Assembly (NCBI GenBank): GCA_964499775.1
Contig: CAZCMK010000001.1
Span: 22,243 to 78,682 of the forward strand
Direction: 5' to 3'
DNA length: 56,440 nt
Origin: an uncultured Dehalococcoidales bacterium
GTDB lineage: Bacteria > Chloroflexota > Dehalococcoidia > Dehalococcoidales > UBA2162
In this document: one piece after another, positions 35,002 to 44,745 of the stretch
How the letters are laid out: each line of letters opens with the position of its first letter
Numbering within the stretch: the first letter of the stretch is position 1
The notes under the pieces: model-generated
The model's database searches: none
Told to the model about the DNA's origin: nothing
Seen by the model: only the letters and a program-made list of their open reading frames with translations
Program-made: the position numbers and the translations under genes

Positions 35002-36285
35002 ATGCCGGTTATTGCTGTTATCGGTGCCCAGTGGGGAGACGAAGGGAAGGGGAAAGTGGTGGATATGCTCGCCGAGAAAGCGGACATAGTAGTCCGTTTC
35101 TCCGGCGGTGATAATGCCGGGCATACCATAATCAATCCTTACGGCAAGTTTGCCCTGCAACTCGTGCCTTCCGGTATTTTTTACCCCGATGCCGTCTGCA
35201 TTATAGGCAACGGAGTGGTGGTAAATCCGGAGGTATTATTCAAGGAAATAAACACACTCAACCAGCGCGGCATCTCCACGGATAACCTTGTCATCAGTGA
35301 CCGGGCAAACCTGATTATGCCGTATCACCTCGCTCTCGAAGGTCTTGAGGAGGAAGCGCGGGGTAAAGACGCCATCGGCACCACGCGCAATGGCATAGGC
35401 CCCGCCTTTGCCGATAAGACGGCAAGACGGGGCATCAGGGCAGCCGACCTCCTTGACAAAGAGGTGTTCGCCAAAAGGCTGGCTTCCATTCTCGAATATA
35501 AAAACACCATATTCACCGGGACATACGGGGTCGCCCCTCTATCGCTCGACGAAATATATAACAAATACTGCGAGTTCGGGGAGCGTATGACGCCTTATAT
35601 CCGCGAGACAACGGCAATTATCGACGAGGCTATAAAACGGGGAGAGCATATACTGCTGGAAGGCGCCCAGGGAACCCTGCTGGACCCCGATTTCGGCACC
35701 TATCCATACGCCACCTCGTCGTCGCCGCTTGCGGGAGGAGCCAGCGTGGGCGCGGGAATAGGACCCACCAGAATAGACGCCGTTCTGGGTCTATTCAAGG
35801 CTTATATCACCCGTGTCGGCGCCGGTCCGATGCCTACGAGGCTTGATGATGAAACGGGAGAGTTGCTCAGGAAACAGGGCAACGAGTACGGCACCGTAAG
35901 CGGAAGGCCGAGGGACTGCGGCTGGTTCGATTCCGTCGCCGCCCGTTACAGCACCCGAATCAACGGCTTTACCGGGGCTGCTATTACCAAGCTGGACAAC
36001 CTCGATACCCTTACTTACCTGAGAATATGCACGGCGTATGAACTCGATGGTGAGATAATCGATTATTTCCCCGCCACTATTCAGGCTCTGGAGAGAGTCA
36101 AGCCGGTATACGAAGAGATGCCGGGCTGGCAAACGTCCATAACCGATATACTGAAATTCGAGGACCTGCCCAGGCAGGCCCGTGACTACATCAACAGACT
36201 GGAGGAGCTCATAGGCTGTCCGGTCAATCTTATCTGCGTGGGGCCCGAACGGGGGCAGACTATCCAGAAATCACCTGTCCTGTAA
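35002..36285 (+). CDS. purA: adenylosuccinate synthase
   Basis: 427 aa. GAQWGDEGKGK P-loop, GTTRNGIGPAF motif. Confidence 0.95.
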   Translation: MPVIAVIGAQWGDEGKGKVVDMLAEKADIVVRFSGGDNAGHTIINPYGKFALQLVPSGIFYPDAVCIIGNGVVVNPEVLFKEINTLNQRGISTDNLVISDRANLIMPYHLALEGLEEEARGKDAIGTTRNGIGPAFADKTARRGIRAADLLDKEVFAKRLASILEYKNTIFTGTYGVAPLSLDEIYNKYCEFGERMTPYIRETTAIIDEAIKRGEHILLEGAQGTLLDPDFGTYPYATSSSPLAGGASVGAGIGPTRIDAVLGLFKAYITRVGAGPMPTRLDDETGELLRKQGNEYGTVSGRPRDCGWFDSVAARYSTRINGFTGAAITKLDNLDTLTYLRICTAYELDGEIIDYFPATIQALERVKPVYEEMPGWQTSITDILKFEDLPRQARDYINRLEELIGCPVNLICVGPERGQTIQKSPVL

Positions 36286-36312
36286 TTTCGCTTATCAGAG
36301 GTAATAGCAGGA

Positions 36313-36771
36313 ATGGCAACCGTAAGAGCAGCCACGGAAAATGATATCCCGCGCATACTGGAACTGTACGAAGAACAGCTTGTTATCGGGGTGGCGGAGG
36401 CTGAAAAGCAGCAGAGTCCTTCTGCCGATAATTACCGGCAGGTTTTCTCGATGATTGAAGCCCTGCCCGGATGCGAGCTGGTTGTTGCCGAGGAGCAGGG
36501 CGAGGTTATCGGCACGTTGATGTTCGTGATAGTGCCCAACCTTTCACACCGTGCTTTACCCTGGTCTTTAGTAGAGAACATGGTTGTTGACAGTAAACAC
36601 CGCCGTAAAGGGATTGGCAGACTGCTTATGGACTACGTCCTGACCGGGGCTAAAGAGGCGGGGTGCTATAAAGTCCAGTTGTTGAGCAATAAAAGTCGCG
36701 AAGAAGCGCATAGGTTCTACGAGTCAATCGGCTATAAAGCCTCGGCGGAAGGCTTTCGCCTCTATCTGTAA
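36313..36771 (+). CDS. GNAT family N-acetyltransferase
   Basis: 152 aa. Acetyl-CoA motif A-like HRRKGIGRLLM. Confidence 0.8.
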   Translation: MATVRAATENDIPRILELYEEQLVIGVAEAEKQQSPSADNYRQVFSMIEALPGCELVVAEEQGEVIGTLMFVIVPNLSHRALPWSLVENMVVDSKHRRKGIGRLLMDYVLTGAKEAGCYKVQLLSNKSREEAHRFYESIGYKASAEGFRLYL

Positions 36772-36853
36772 CAGTCCAGACATTGAAAGCTTCGGAATTT
36801 TTATCCCCACCCCTTAGTTTATCTATTCCCACCCGCCCCTCTTAACAACTCCA

Positions 36854-37348
36854 CTATATCTTCTTTATAAATACTATCCTGTCTATCCCCGGTCCGCCGT
36901 AGTCCCTGAATACCGGAATACCCTCCTCATCTGGTTCACCGATGAGCTCCATGCCGAGACCACGGTGAAAAGCGACCGAGACTTTATTTGACGGTGATGT
37001 GATTGCCTTTAGCTTATTGCAGCCGTGCTTTTTTGCTATCTCTATAAAATGCTCGTAAAGCCGGCGGCCGATGCCCTGTTTCTGATACGCCCGGCGTACG
37101 CCGACAAACTTAACGTAGGCAACCGTAGCCGTCTGCGAAAAGAGACCAAACAGGTAACCGATTACCTTCTCACCTTCTTTTATCACGTATGCCGTATTAC
37201 CGAACTCATAGAGATAGACCGGGTTATGAAGACTTTTTGTACGTTCATCGCCCAAGAAATCAGCGATGTCGGTGATAATCTGGTCGAAATCGGCTTTAGT
37301 ACAGAGAGTTATTTTCATGCTTCTCCACCCTTGTAATCCCGAATCCAA
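36854..37348 (-). CDS. GNAT family N-acetyltransferase
   Basis: 164 aa. RRAYQKQGIGRRLY motif. Confidence 0.8.
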   Translation of the reverse strand: MDSGLQGWRSMKITLCTKADFDQIITDIADFLGDERTKSLHNPVYLYEFGNTAYVIKEGEKVIGYLFGLFSQTATVAYVKFVGVRRAYQKQGIGRRLYEHFIEIAKKHGCNKLKAITSPSNKVSVAFHRGLGMELIGEPDEEGIPVFRDYGGPGIDRIVFIKKI

Positions 37349-37363
37349 TATAGACTATGTCCA

Positions 37364-37407
37364 TTTAAAATTTCACCCTCTTCCCGATTTTATCAGGGAG
37401 AGGGTGA
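37364..37407 (-). terminator. putative intrinsic terminator after dapA
   Basis: 12-bp stem (one bulge) TCACCCTCT(T)CCC / GGGAGAGGGTGA with a 10-nt loop. On the minus strand it is followed by AATTTTAAA. Confidence 0.45.
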
Positions 37408-37433
37408 ATAAATGGTCAAGTATGTTTAGTTAA

Positions 37434-38324
37434 TTAAACCGGCAAATCAATCTTATATTTCTTGACGACTTCCATAATCTGGGCTGCCGTTTTTTCATCC
37501 GGTTCGCAGAGGGGGAGGCGCGTATTTCCAACCCTGAATCCTACCTGGTTCAAAGCGTATTTCACCGGAATCGGGTTGGCGACGAGAAAGAGGGCGTTGA
37601 CCAGCGGCAGCAGGTGACGGTGTATATCAGCGGCTCTGTCCGTTTTGCCGTCGATGAAGCTGTAAATCATCTCGCTGATTTGTTTACCCACCAGATGAGA
37701 GGCAACGCTGATTACCCCGTACCCGCCCAGGGCAAGAATGTTCAGGGTATCGGTGTCGTTACCGCTCCAGATGCGGAAACCTTCACGCGCACGGCTGATG
37801 GTGTGTGATACCTGCTGCATATCCCCGCTGGCTTCTTTAACGCCGATAATATTATCTATCTGGCTCAGCCTGACAATCGTGTCCACCGAAAGACTCCGGA
37901 CGGTACGGGAAGGGACATTGTAGAGGATACAGGGCAGGCTGGTGCTCTCTGCAATCGTTTTGAAGTGACGGTACAAGCCTTCCTGGGTAGGGTTGTTATA
38001 GTACGGCACCACGAGCAGGCAGGCATCGACGCCGATTTTCTCCGCGCCTTTTGTAGCCTCTACAGCCTCGGCGGTACTATTGCTACCGGTACCGGCTACA
38101 ACCACTCCACGGTCGCCGACCGCCGATTTAATCTCGCTGAAGAGCTTATACTCCTCTTTACGGACAAGAGTCGGCGATTCACCGGTTGTCCCGACAACGA
38201 CTACACCTTCGCTCCCGGAATCCAGCAGGGCTGTAGCCAGCTTTTTCGCCTGTTCGTAATCGACTTCCCCCTTCTCATCAAAGGGGGTTACCATCGCTGT
38301 CAGCAGTCGTCCTATCGGTTTCAT
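37434..38324 (-). CDS. dapA: 4-hydroxy-tetrahydrodipicolinate synthase
   Basis: MKPIGRLLTAMVTPF..., GTTGE and Schiff-base Lys region GVKEASGD. ATG 38324 has GGAGG 8 nt upstream; the track start is GTG 38333. Confidence 0.9.
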   Translation of the reverse strand: MKPIGRLLTAMVTPFDEKGEVDYEQAKKLATALLDSGSEGVVVVGTTGESPTLVRKEEYKLFSEIKSAVGDRGVVVAGTGSNSTAEAVEATKGAEKIGVDACLLVVPYYNNPTQEGLYRHFKTIAESTSLPCILYNVPSRTVRSLSVDTIVRLSQIDNIIGVKEASGDMQQVSHTISRAREGFRIWSGNDTDTLNILALGGYGVISVASHLVGKQISEMIYSFIDGKTDRAADIHRHLLPLVNALFLVANPIPVKYALNQVGFRVGNTRLPLCEPDEKTAAQIMEVVKKYKIDLPV

Positions 38325-39366
38325 TTTTCTCACCTCCCGGTCGCACCCAGTTTCTTTTAATCATCTCTTCTGCAATCTGGACGGCATTCAGAGCCGCTCC
38401 TTTTCTCAGGTTATCGGACACAACCCACATAGCCAGACCGCGCGAGTGTGAAGCGTCCTGGCGGATACGCCCGACATATACTTCATCGGTGCCGGCTGCC
38501 GCCCACGGCTGCGGATAGAGACTGATAACCGGGTCGTCCAGCACTTTTATTCCCGGAGCCTGGGCGAGGATACGCCGCGCGTACTCGGGAAGCATAGGGT
38601 TGGTAAACTCGATATGCACAGCCTCGCTGTGACTGGTAAACACGGGAACACGCACGCAGGTAGCCGAGATGCTTATCTCAGGAGCGTGCATTATTTTCCT
38701 TGTTTCCTCAACCATCTTCCATTCTTCTCTGGTATAACCGTTGTCAAGGAAAACGTCTATCTCCGGCAATACATTGAAACCTATCTGGTGGGGAAAGACG
38801 TGGGGAATGGTACTCTGTCCCTCCAGCACCTGTTTTGTCTGCGTCGCCAGTTCCTCTATGGCGGCAACGCCGCCCACTCCGGATACAGCCTGGTAAGTAT
38901 CTACCACAATCCGCTTGATGGGGTTAACCTTGTACAGCGGATTAAGCGCCACCACCAGTTGTATGGTCGAGCAGTTCGGATTGGCTATTATCCCCTTATG
39001 CAGCCGGATATCTTCCGGATTGACTTCGGGTACCACCAGCGGTACCGAAGGGTCCACTCTGAAAGCGGAACTGTTATCGATTACCACAGCCCCTGACCGG
39101 GCGGCTATCGGCGAAAAGTATTTGCTGGTCTCAGCCCCTGCGGAAAACAGAGCGATTTCCATATCCTCGAACGATTCGCGCACGGTCTCCCGGACTTCGA
39201 CCTCCTGGTGGTTGACGTACATCTTCTTACCGGCGGAACGGTCCGAGGCAAAGAGACCGACCGATTCCATCGGAAAGTTACGCTGTTCCAGTATTTTTAT
39301 AAATTCCTGCCCTACCAGTCCGGTAGCGCCGACAATTGCAACTCTATACCCTTTCATTCCTTTCAC
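38278..39366 (-). CDS. asd: aspartate-semialdehyde dehydrogenase
   Basis: VAIVGATGLVGQ and NPNCSTIQ (active-site Cys) motifs. An alternative ATG lies at 39357. The 3-prime end overlaps dapA by 47 nt. Confidence 0.9.
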   Translation of the reverse strand: MKGMKGYRVAIVGATGLVGQEFIKILEQRNFPMESVGLFASDRSAGKKMYVNHQEVEVRETVRESFEDMEIALFSAGAETSKYFSPIAARSGAVVIDNSSAFRVDPSVPLVVPEVNPEDIRLHKGIIANPNCSTIQLVVALNPLYKVNPIKRIVVDTYQAVSGVGGVAAIEELATQTKQVLEGQSTIPHVFPHQIGFNVLPEIDVFLDNGYTREEWKMVEETRKIMHAPEISISATCVRVPVFTSHSEAVHIEFTNPMLPEYARRILAQAPGIKVLDDPVISLYPQPWAAAGTDEVYVGRIRQDASHSRGLAMWVVSDNLRKGAALNAVQIAEEMIKRNWVRPGGEKNETDRTTADSDGNPL

Positions 39367-40161
39367 CTATAACCCGAGCAATACATCCAGCCCGTATACG
39401 AACTCTTTACGCTTTACCACTTCCTTCACGGCGAGAAGTACGCCCGGCGTATAACATTCACGGTTGATAGTATCATGCCTTATCCTTAAAGTCTGCCCTG
39501 CCGCGCCCAGGATAACTTCCTGATGCGCCATCAGGCCGGGCAGTCTTACTGCATGGATAGACACACCTTCGACTTCCTCTCCCCGGCTTTTATAATTTTT
39601 ATCTATATCATGAGGTCTGGGAAACGATTTTTCTCTTGCTTCCGCCATCTGTCTGGCCGTCAGAAGTGCCGTCCCCGATGGTGCGTCGGCTTTCTGGTTA
39701 TGGTGCAGCTCTATAATTTCAGCCGAGTCCATGTATTTGGCGGCTATCCTGGCGAGGTGCATCATCAGTACCGCACCGAGGGCGAAGTTCGGCGCCATCA
39801 CGATGCCGATATTATTCGTCTTTACCAGTTGCTCAAGTTCGCCGCGCTCGTCAGTACTCAGACCGGTAGTCCCGATAACCAGGTTTACCCCTTTTCTGGC
39901 GGCGGCACGAGCCGCCGGCATGGTAGCTTTAGCAACGGTGAAATCCACCATGACGTCCGCAGGACACTTATCCAGAATTTCGCCGACATCCTTTGAGATG
40001 GGGACTTCTCCCGAGCCATCGGGTAAAGCGAGGGTCTTACCGGTAGCCTGCAGGTCTACAGCGCCGACCAGCAGTGTTTCCGGCTCCCGGCATACGGCAC
40101 TGACTAACTCACGCCCTACTTTTCCCAGTGCTCCATGCACTATTACCCTGATTGGTTCCAT
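39367..40161 (-). CDS. dapB: 4-hydroxy-tetrahydrodipicolinate reductase
   Basis: 264 aa. RVIVHGALGKVG, ELHHNQKADAPSGTA motifs. Confidence 0.9.
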   Translation of the reverse strand: MEPIRVIVHGALGKVGRELVSAVCREPETLLVGAVDLQATGKTLALPDGSGEVPISKDVGEILDKCPADVMVDFTVAKATMPAARAAARKGVNLVIGTTGLSTDERGELEQLVKTNNIGIVMAPNFALGAVLMMHLARIAAKYMDSAEIIELHHNQKADAPSGTALLTARQMAEAREKSFPRPHDIDKNYKSRGEEVEGVSIHAVRLPGLMAHQEVILGAAGQTLRIRHDTINRECYTPGVLLAVKEVVKRKEFVYGLDVLLGL

Positions 40162-40181
40162 GGCTCCGCTCCTTCATATTC

Positions 40182-42377
40182 CTAACGACGCTTATTCCGG
40201 AATGGCTGGGAGCGCTGAGGAGGGCGGGTTCCGCTTTGCGACCTGAAAGGGTAATCCGCGGATGGTGCATTCTCCGCATTACCCCCCGAAGTTTCGTCAG
40301 ACTTTTCCAGCACTGCTCTTCTCGACAGGTTGACCCTGCCGAGGTTATCTATTTCAATCGCTTTGACCATTACCTCATCGCCGACCGATACGACGTCCTC
40401 CACACTGCCCACCCGGTAGTCGGCAAGCTCGCTAATGTGTACCAGCCCTTCCTTGCCGGGGGCAATCTCCACCATCGCTCCGAAGTTCAGTATACGGGTA
40501 ACCTTTCCCGTATATACACTGCCGATCTCTATTTCCTTTGTCATGTTCTCGATAATCTCGATTGCCTTACGGGCCGCGGCTTCATCGGATGAACCGATAA
40601 GGACAGTGCCGGTATCGTCGATATCGACGGTTGCCTTCGTCTCTTCGATAATCGACCTTATGGTCTTTCCTCCCGGCCCGATAACAGTGCCGATTTTTTC
40701 GGTGGGAATCATTATCTTATAAACTCTCGGCGCATATAGGCTGAGCTCAGGGCGGCTTTCACTTATCGTCCTGTCCATCACTTCCAGAATGGACAGCCTG
40801 GCTTCCTTCGCCTGCTGTAAGGTCTTCTCTATGATTTCAGTCGACAGCCCGTTTATTTTGGTGTCCATCTGGAGGCCGGTTATTCCTTCGGTCGTACCGG
40901 CTACCTTGAAGTCCATATCGCCGTAATTATCTTCGCTGCCTTCGATATCGGTCAGAATGGCGTAATTGCCGTTATCGTCCGTAACCAGTCCCATGGCTAT
41001 ACCTGCCACCGCTCTCTTTACGGGTATTCCGGCATCCATGAGCGAAAGACTGCTGGCGCAAACACTCGCCATCGATGTACTGCCGCTCGAGCTGAGAACC
41101 TCGGAGACGAGACGGATTGTATAAGGAAAGTCCTCATCTCTGGGCAGTATCGCCTGAAGGGAACGTTCAGCCAGGGCGCCGTGACCGATTTCACGTCGGC
41201 TGGGCGTGCCGATGCGCCTCACCTCGCCGGTAGAGAAAGGAGGAAAGTTATAGTGGTGTATAAACCGTTTGGTCTCCTCTATTCCCAGTCCGTCGAGCTG
41301 CTGCTCTTTTCTGGTGGAGCCGAGTGTGGTAATCGTCATTACCTGGGTCTGTCCTCTGGTGAACAGGGCCGAGCCGTGAGTACGCGGCAACAGGCTGACC
41401 TCGCAGGTTATAGGTCTTATTTCAGACAGTCCGCGTCCGCTGATTCGATGGCCTTTTTCCATGATACTGCTTCTGATTTCAGCCCTGATTCTTTTATCGA
41501 GAACCGCTGAAACGTCTTCCTCCGAAATGTCCCCCGGTTTCTCTAAAAGCTCCCTGGTTATCTCTGACAGTTCTTCTTCACGTTGGGACTTATCGGCGTT
41601 GCTCAGAGCCTGAGCGAGCTTCTCATCTATTTTTCCAGCAATTGTTTCATAAACGTCCGGAGAAACTTCGCGAGGCTGGACTTCAACCTTGGGTTTACTA
41701 TAAGCCTGGTGGACCTGCTCCTGGATTTTTATGATTTCCTGGTTCGCCTCGTGACCCATGGCAATAGCCCCGAGTATAACATCCTCGGGCACCTCATCGG
41801 CTCCCGCCTCTACCATGACCACGGTGTCTTTCTTACTGGCGACAACCAGGTCGAGTTTACTTTCTTCGAGCTGGGGTAAAGTAGGGTTCAGTACCAGCTC
41901 GTCGTTAAGATAGCCGATACGCACGCTGCTCACCGGCCCGGCGAAAGGCACGCTCGACATCGATAAAACGGTCGAGCTGCCGATAACCGAAAGAATGTCG
42001 GCATCGTTTTCAAGGTCTGCCGAGAGGACGGTAATGACCAGCTGGATGTCTCTACGCCACTCTTTGGGCAGAAGGGGACGCAGCGGTCGGTCCGTCATAC
42101 GGCAGGCAAGTGTAGCCTCCTGGGTCGGGCGCCCTTCCCTGCGGATAAAACCGCCGGGAATTTTACCGGCTGCGTATAATCTTTCTTCATAGTCGACTGT
42201 CAGAGGGAGAAAGTCCACGCCTTCGCGGGATTCTTCACTGACGCAAAGGGTAACGAGGATAACGGTGTCCCCGTACCTGACAGTCACGGCGGCTTCCGCC
42301 TGTCCGGCGATTTTTCCTGTCTCTATGACGAGCTTCCTGCCGCCTATTTCACATTCTGATGTATAGGGTGTTAACAA
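40182..42377 (-). CDS. pnp: polyribonucleotide nucleotidyltransferase (PNPase)
   Basis: 731 aa with two RNase PH domains, a KH domain (GPGGKTIRSI) and an S1 domain. TTG start after GGAG. Confidence 0.95.
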   Translation of the reverse strand: MLTPYTSECEIGGRKLVIETGKIAGQAEAAVTVRYGDTVILVTLCVSEESREGVDFLPLTVDYEERLYAAGKIPGGFIRREGRPTQEATLACRMTDRPLRPLLPKEWRRDIQLVITVLSADLENDADILSVIGSSTVLSMSSVPFAGPVSSVRIGYLNDELVLNPTLPQLEESKLDLVVASKKDTVVMVEAGADEVPEDVILGAIAMGHEANQEIIKIQEQVHQAYSKPKVEVQPREVSPDVYETIAGKIDEKLAQALSNADKSQREEELSEITRELLEKPGDISEEDVSAVLDKRIRAEIRSSIMEKGHRISGRGLSEIRPITCEVSLLPRTHGSALFTRGQTQVMTITTLGSTRKEQQLDGLGIEETKRFIHHYNFPPFSTGEVRRIGTPSRREIGHGALAERSLQAILPRDEDFPYTIRLVSEVLSSSGSTSMASVCASSLSLMDAGIPVKRAVAGIAMGLVTDDNGNYAILTDIEGSEDNYGDMDFKVAGTTEGITGLQMDTKINGLSTEIIEKTLQQAKEARLSILEVMDRTISESRPELSLYAPRVYKIMIPTEKIGTVIGPGGKTIRSIIEETKATVDIDDTGTVLIGSSDEAAARKAIEIIENMTKEIEIGSVYTGKVTRILNFGAMVEIAPGKEGLVHISELADYRVGSVEDVVSVGDEVMVKAIEIDNLGRVNLSRRAVLEKSDETSGGNAENAPSADYPFRSQSGTRPPQRSQPFRNKRR

Positions 42378-42409
42378 TATTTACTCCTGTATTACTTTTA
42401 TTTTCTCTT

Positions 42410-42673
42410 TTATTTCCGCAGCCCGAGTTCCTTGATGAGGTTGCGGTATCGCTCGACATCCTCATTCATGAGGTAAGCAAGCAGCCTTCTTCTTTTACCG
42501 ACCAGCATAATCAGGCCGCGCTGGGTATGGTAATCGTGCCGGTTTGCTACCATGTGCCCGGTAAGCTGGTTGATTCTCTCCGTGAGTATCGCCACCTGCA
42601 CCTCGGTCGAGCCCGTATCACCCTTATGACGGGCGAACTTCTCTATTGTTTCTGTCTTTTTTGCTTTGTCCAA
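42410..42673 (-). CDS. rpsO: 30S ribosomal protein S15
   Basis: 87 aa. [23 protein letters not shown] and HDYHTQRGL motifs. Confidence 0.95.
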   Translation of the reverse strand: MDKAKKTETIEKFARHKGDTGSTEVQVAILTERINQLTGHMVANRHDYHTQRGLIMLVGKRRRLLAYLMNEDVERYRNLIKELGLRK

Positions 42674-42745
42674 ATTCCACTACTCCTGTATTAATGACGT
42701 TAATCCGCCTGCTTAACCAACTATTGAGTATAACATAAATAGAGA

Positions 42746-42754
42746 ATTATAGCA
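42746..42754 (-). promoter_or_regulatory. putative extended -10 promoter (TGcTATAAT) for rpsO-pnp
   Basis: The minus strand reads TGCTATAAT. A second TGtTATACT lies 10 nt downstream on the same strand (42727-42735). Confidence 0.4.
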
Positions 42755-43041
42755 CAAACCATGAAATATTCAAAAAGAGTTTCCCCCGATTGAATATGGA
42801 AAAGGGGAGTAAAAGGAAAAGGAGCATTTTTATTTCCCCCTTTTCAAAGGAAGAAGCTATTTCCTATTCTTGAAAGAGGTTGACATAAGGGCATAATCGC
42901 CATATACCTGCCCGCTATACGATACTTCGGCAAGCGGGGGTGAGTAAGAATATTAACCAATATATAAAGTCCTCTTACAATAACCCTATTTGAGTCTGGT
43001 TGGCTAAATCAAATTGTATCTTCAGTTCTACGTTTTCAGTG

Positions 43042-43070
43042 TTGACGGGCTGTGCGGGCAGTGATAGACT
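43042..43070 (+). promoter_or_regulatory. putative promoter TTGACG-17-TAGACT upstream of the MFS gene
   Basis: Hexamers and spacing read directly. Confidence 0.3.
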
Positions 43071-43130
43071 TGCGTATCATTGCTAGTATATGAGCAGATA
43101 TAAATTTAACTAAAGGAGGATACATAGCCT

Positions 43131-44324
43131 ATGAACGGACCTTGACGCAGTCACTCATTAACCACCTTCATCCGCCTGATTTACGTATTCCAGTTCTTTT
43201 TCGATTTCATACTCGTCTATGCGGTAGACAAGCTGTTTTTACTATACAGAGGACTATCACTGTATGAAATCGCAATCATCCTCGCCGTCTGGGGCGTCCT
43301 CACCATTCTCCTGGAAGTACCGACCGGCGCGTTAGCCGACCGATGGAGCAGAAAGTACGTGCTGGTACTTTCAGGGCTGTTCTTCTTTTTATGCTATTTA
43401 ACGTGGCTCTTCAGTTATTCATTCTGGTTATTTCTTCTCGGCATTGCTTTCCGCACGCTCGGTGGGACACTTGTCTCGGGTACACTCGAAGCCTATATCT
43501 ACGATTTCCTGAAGATACACGGAAAAGAAGACGAGTTCGAGAAGATATGGGGCAGGGGTACAGCCCTCAATGCTATCGGCATAGCCATAGCCCTGGCTAT
43601 CGGCGGTATTGCCAGCCAGTATTCTTATGAGCTGGTGCTGGTGTTTTCAGCGTTATCTCCTCTGGTTATCGTGGTTGTTACATTGCTGTTGCCAGATATT
43701 AAGTCTGATGCTCCCGCAGGCGGGAAAGGCTATCTAGCTTACTTCATAGGCGGTATCAGGCGGGCTTTCTCCAGTAAAGTACTTGTAAGAATATTGATCT
43801 ATTCGGCAATCGTTTATGCCGCTCTCGGCATGCTTGATGAGTACGACCAGGTTCTGATGTCCTCCTGGCTGGGTCTGCCGAATTCATTCATAGGAATCTG
43901 GCTGGCTACATGCGTGGCGATAAGCAGTATCGGGGCTTTCTTCGCTCACAAGGTGAAAAACATGGGCTGGAAAGTGCTTAATCCCATCGCCGTAGCGACC
44001 GGAATCCTTCTGATAATCGTTACATTTTTCAGGTCTCCGTTTCTGCTGGGGATACTGGTATTGATGTATGTTTTTGCCCTTTTGATAAGCGTAATCGTCC
44101 AGGGGATGATACAGAGGGAAATAGCTACGGACGAACGGGCTACCATCACATCGGTAAATGCCGTCGTGACAGAGGCGGGAGCCACCGTACTGGGGCTTGC
44201 CTTCGGTTTTATCGCCAATCAATACGGTATTCAGGTGGGATACGGCTTTTTCGGGGTTGTTATTCTGGTTTATATGTCGGGACAGTTAATCATCGGAAGG
44301 ATTAAGAGCAGAAACGTAAAATAA
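43131..44324 (+). pseudogene. MFS transporter with an in-frame TGA at codon 5 (43143-43145)
   Basis: ATG 43131 follows AAAGGAGGA at 8-nt spacing. The frame reads MNGP-TGA-RSHSLTTFIRLIYVFQFFFDFILVYAVDKLFLLYRGLSLYEIAIILAVWGVLTILLEVPTGALADRWSRKYV..., which covers TM1-TM2 and the conserved loop motif. There is no ATG/GTG/TTG in frame between the TGA and the track start at GTG 43359. Confidence 0.65.
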
Positions 44325-44358
44325 AAACATTCAAGAAAACATTGTTAATGGCAGTTCC

Positions 44359-44387
44359 TTGACCTGATTACAGGCAGAGTGTATATT
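44359..44387 (+). promoter_or_regulatory. putative promoter TTGACC-17-TATATT upstream of the DUF503 gene
   Basis: Hexamers read directly, 17 nt upstream of the ATG at 44404. Confidence 0.45.
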
Positions 44388-44403
44388 GGAATTCAGGTAA
44401 GCC

Positions 44404-44703
44404 ATGCACGTTGGTATTTGCAGTATCAGGTTTCGTATCCCTGAGAACGGGTCTCTCAAGGATAAGCGGCGGATTTTGAAGTCCATTATCAGCCGGGTGG
44501 CAAACAAGTTCAATGTTTCGGTGGCTGAGGTCGATGATAACGACTCATGGCGACTGGCCACCCTGGGAATCTCCTGCGTGAGTAACGATAAAAGGCATGT
44601 AAATGAAGTGCTCTCCAAGGTAGCGAACTTTGTCTCCGACGCCCGTTTTGAAGTTGAGATACTCGATTATAAAATAGAGATAATTCCGGTTTTTGATATC
44701 TAA
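44404..44703 (+). CDS. DUF503 (YlxP-like) protein
   Basis: 99 aa. The segment SLKDKRRILKSIISRVANKFNVSVAEVDDNDSWRLATLGISCVSND is typical of DUF503. Confidence 0.75.
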   Translation: MHVGICSIRFRIPENGSLKDKRRILKSIISRVANKFNVSVAEVDDNDSWRLATLGISCVSNDKRHVNEVLSKVANFVSDARFEVEILDYKIEIIPVFDI

Positions 44704-44745
44704 TAAAACAAATCCTTTCCTTGAAGTCCCGAAAAGAGGACTCTA

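Noticed and set aside
12695-43145. Genome-wide reassignment of TGA (genetic code 4 or 25) as an explanation for the in-frame TGAs
   Set aside because: Several well-defined genes terminate on TGA at the expected protein ends, for example tyrS at 1776-1778, cobT at 5872-5874 and cobS at 6642-6644. TGA is therefore a normal stop here.
43143-43200. Selenocysteine at the TGA in the MFS transporter
   Set aside because: No stable hairpin follows the TGA within the SECIS window. The position is in a non-conserved cytoplasmic N-terminal tail, not at a redox Cys.
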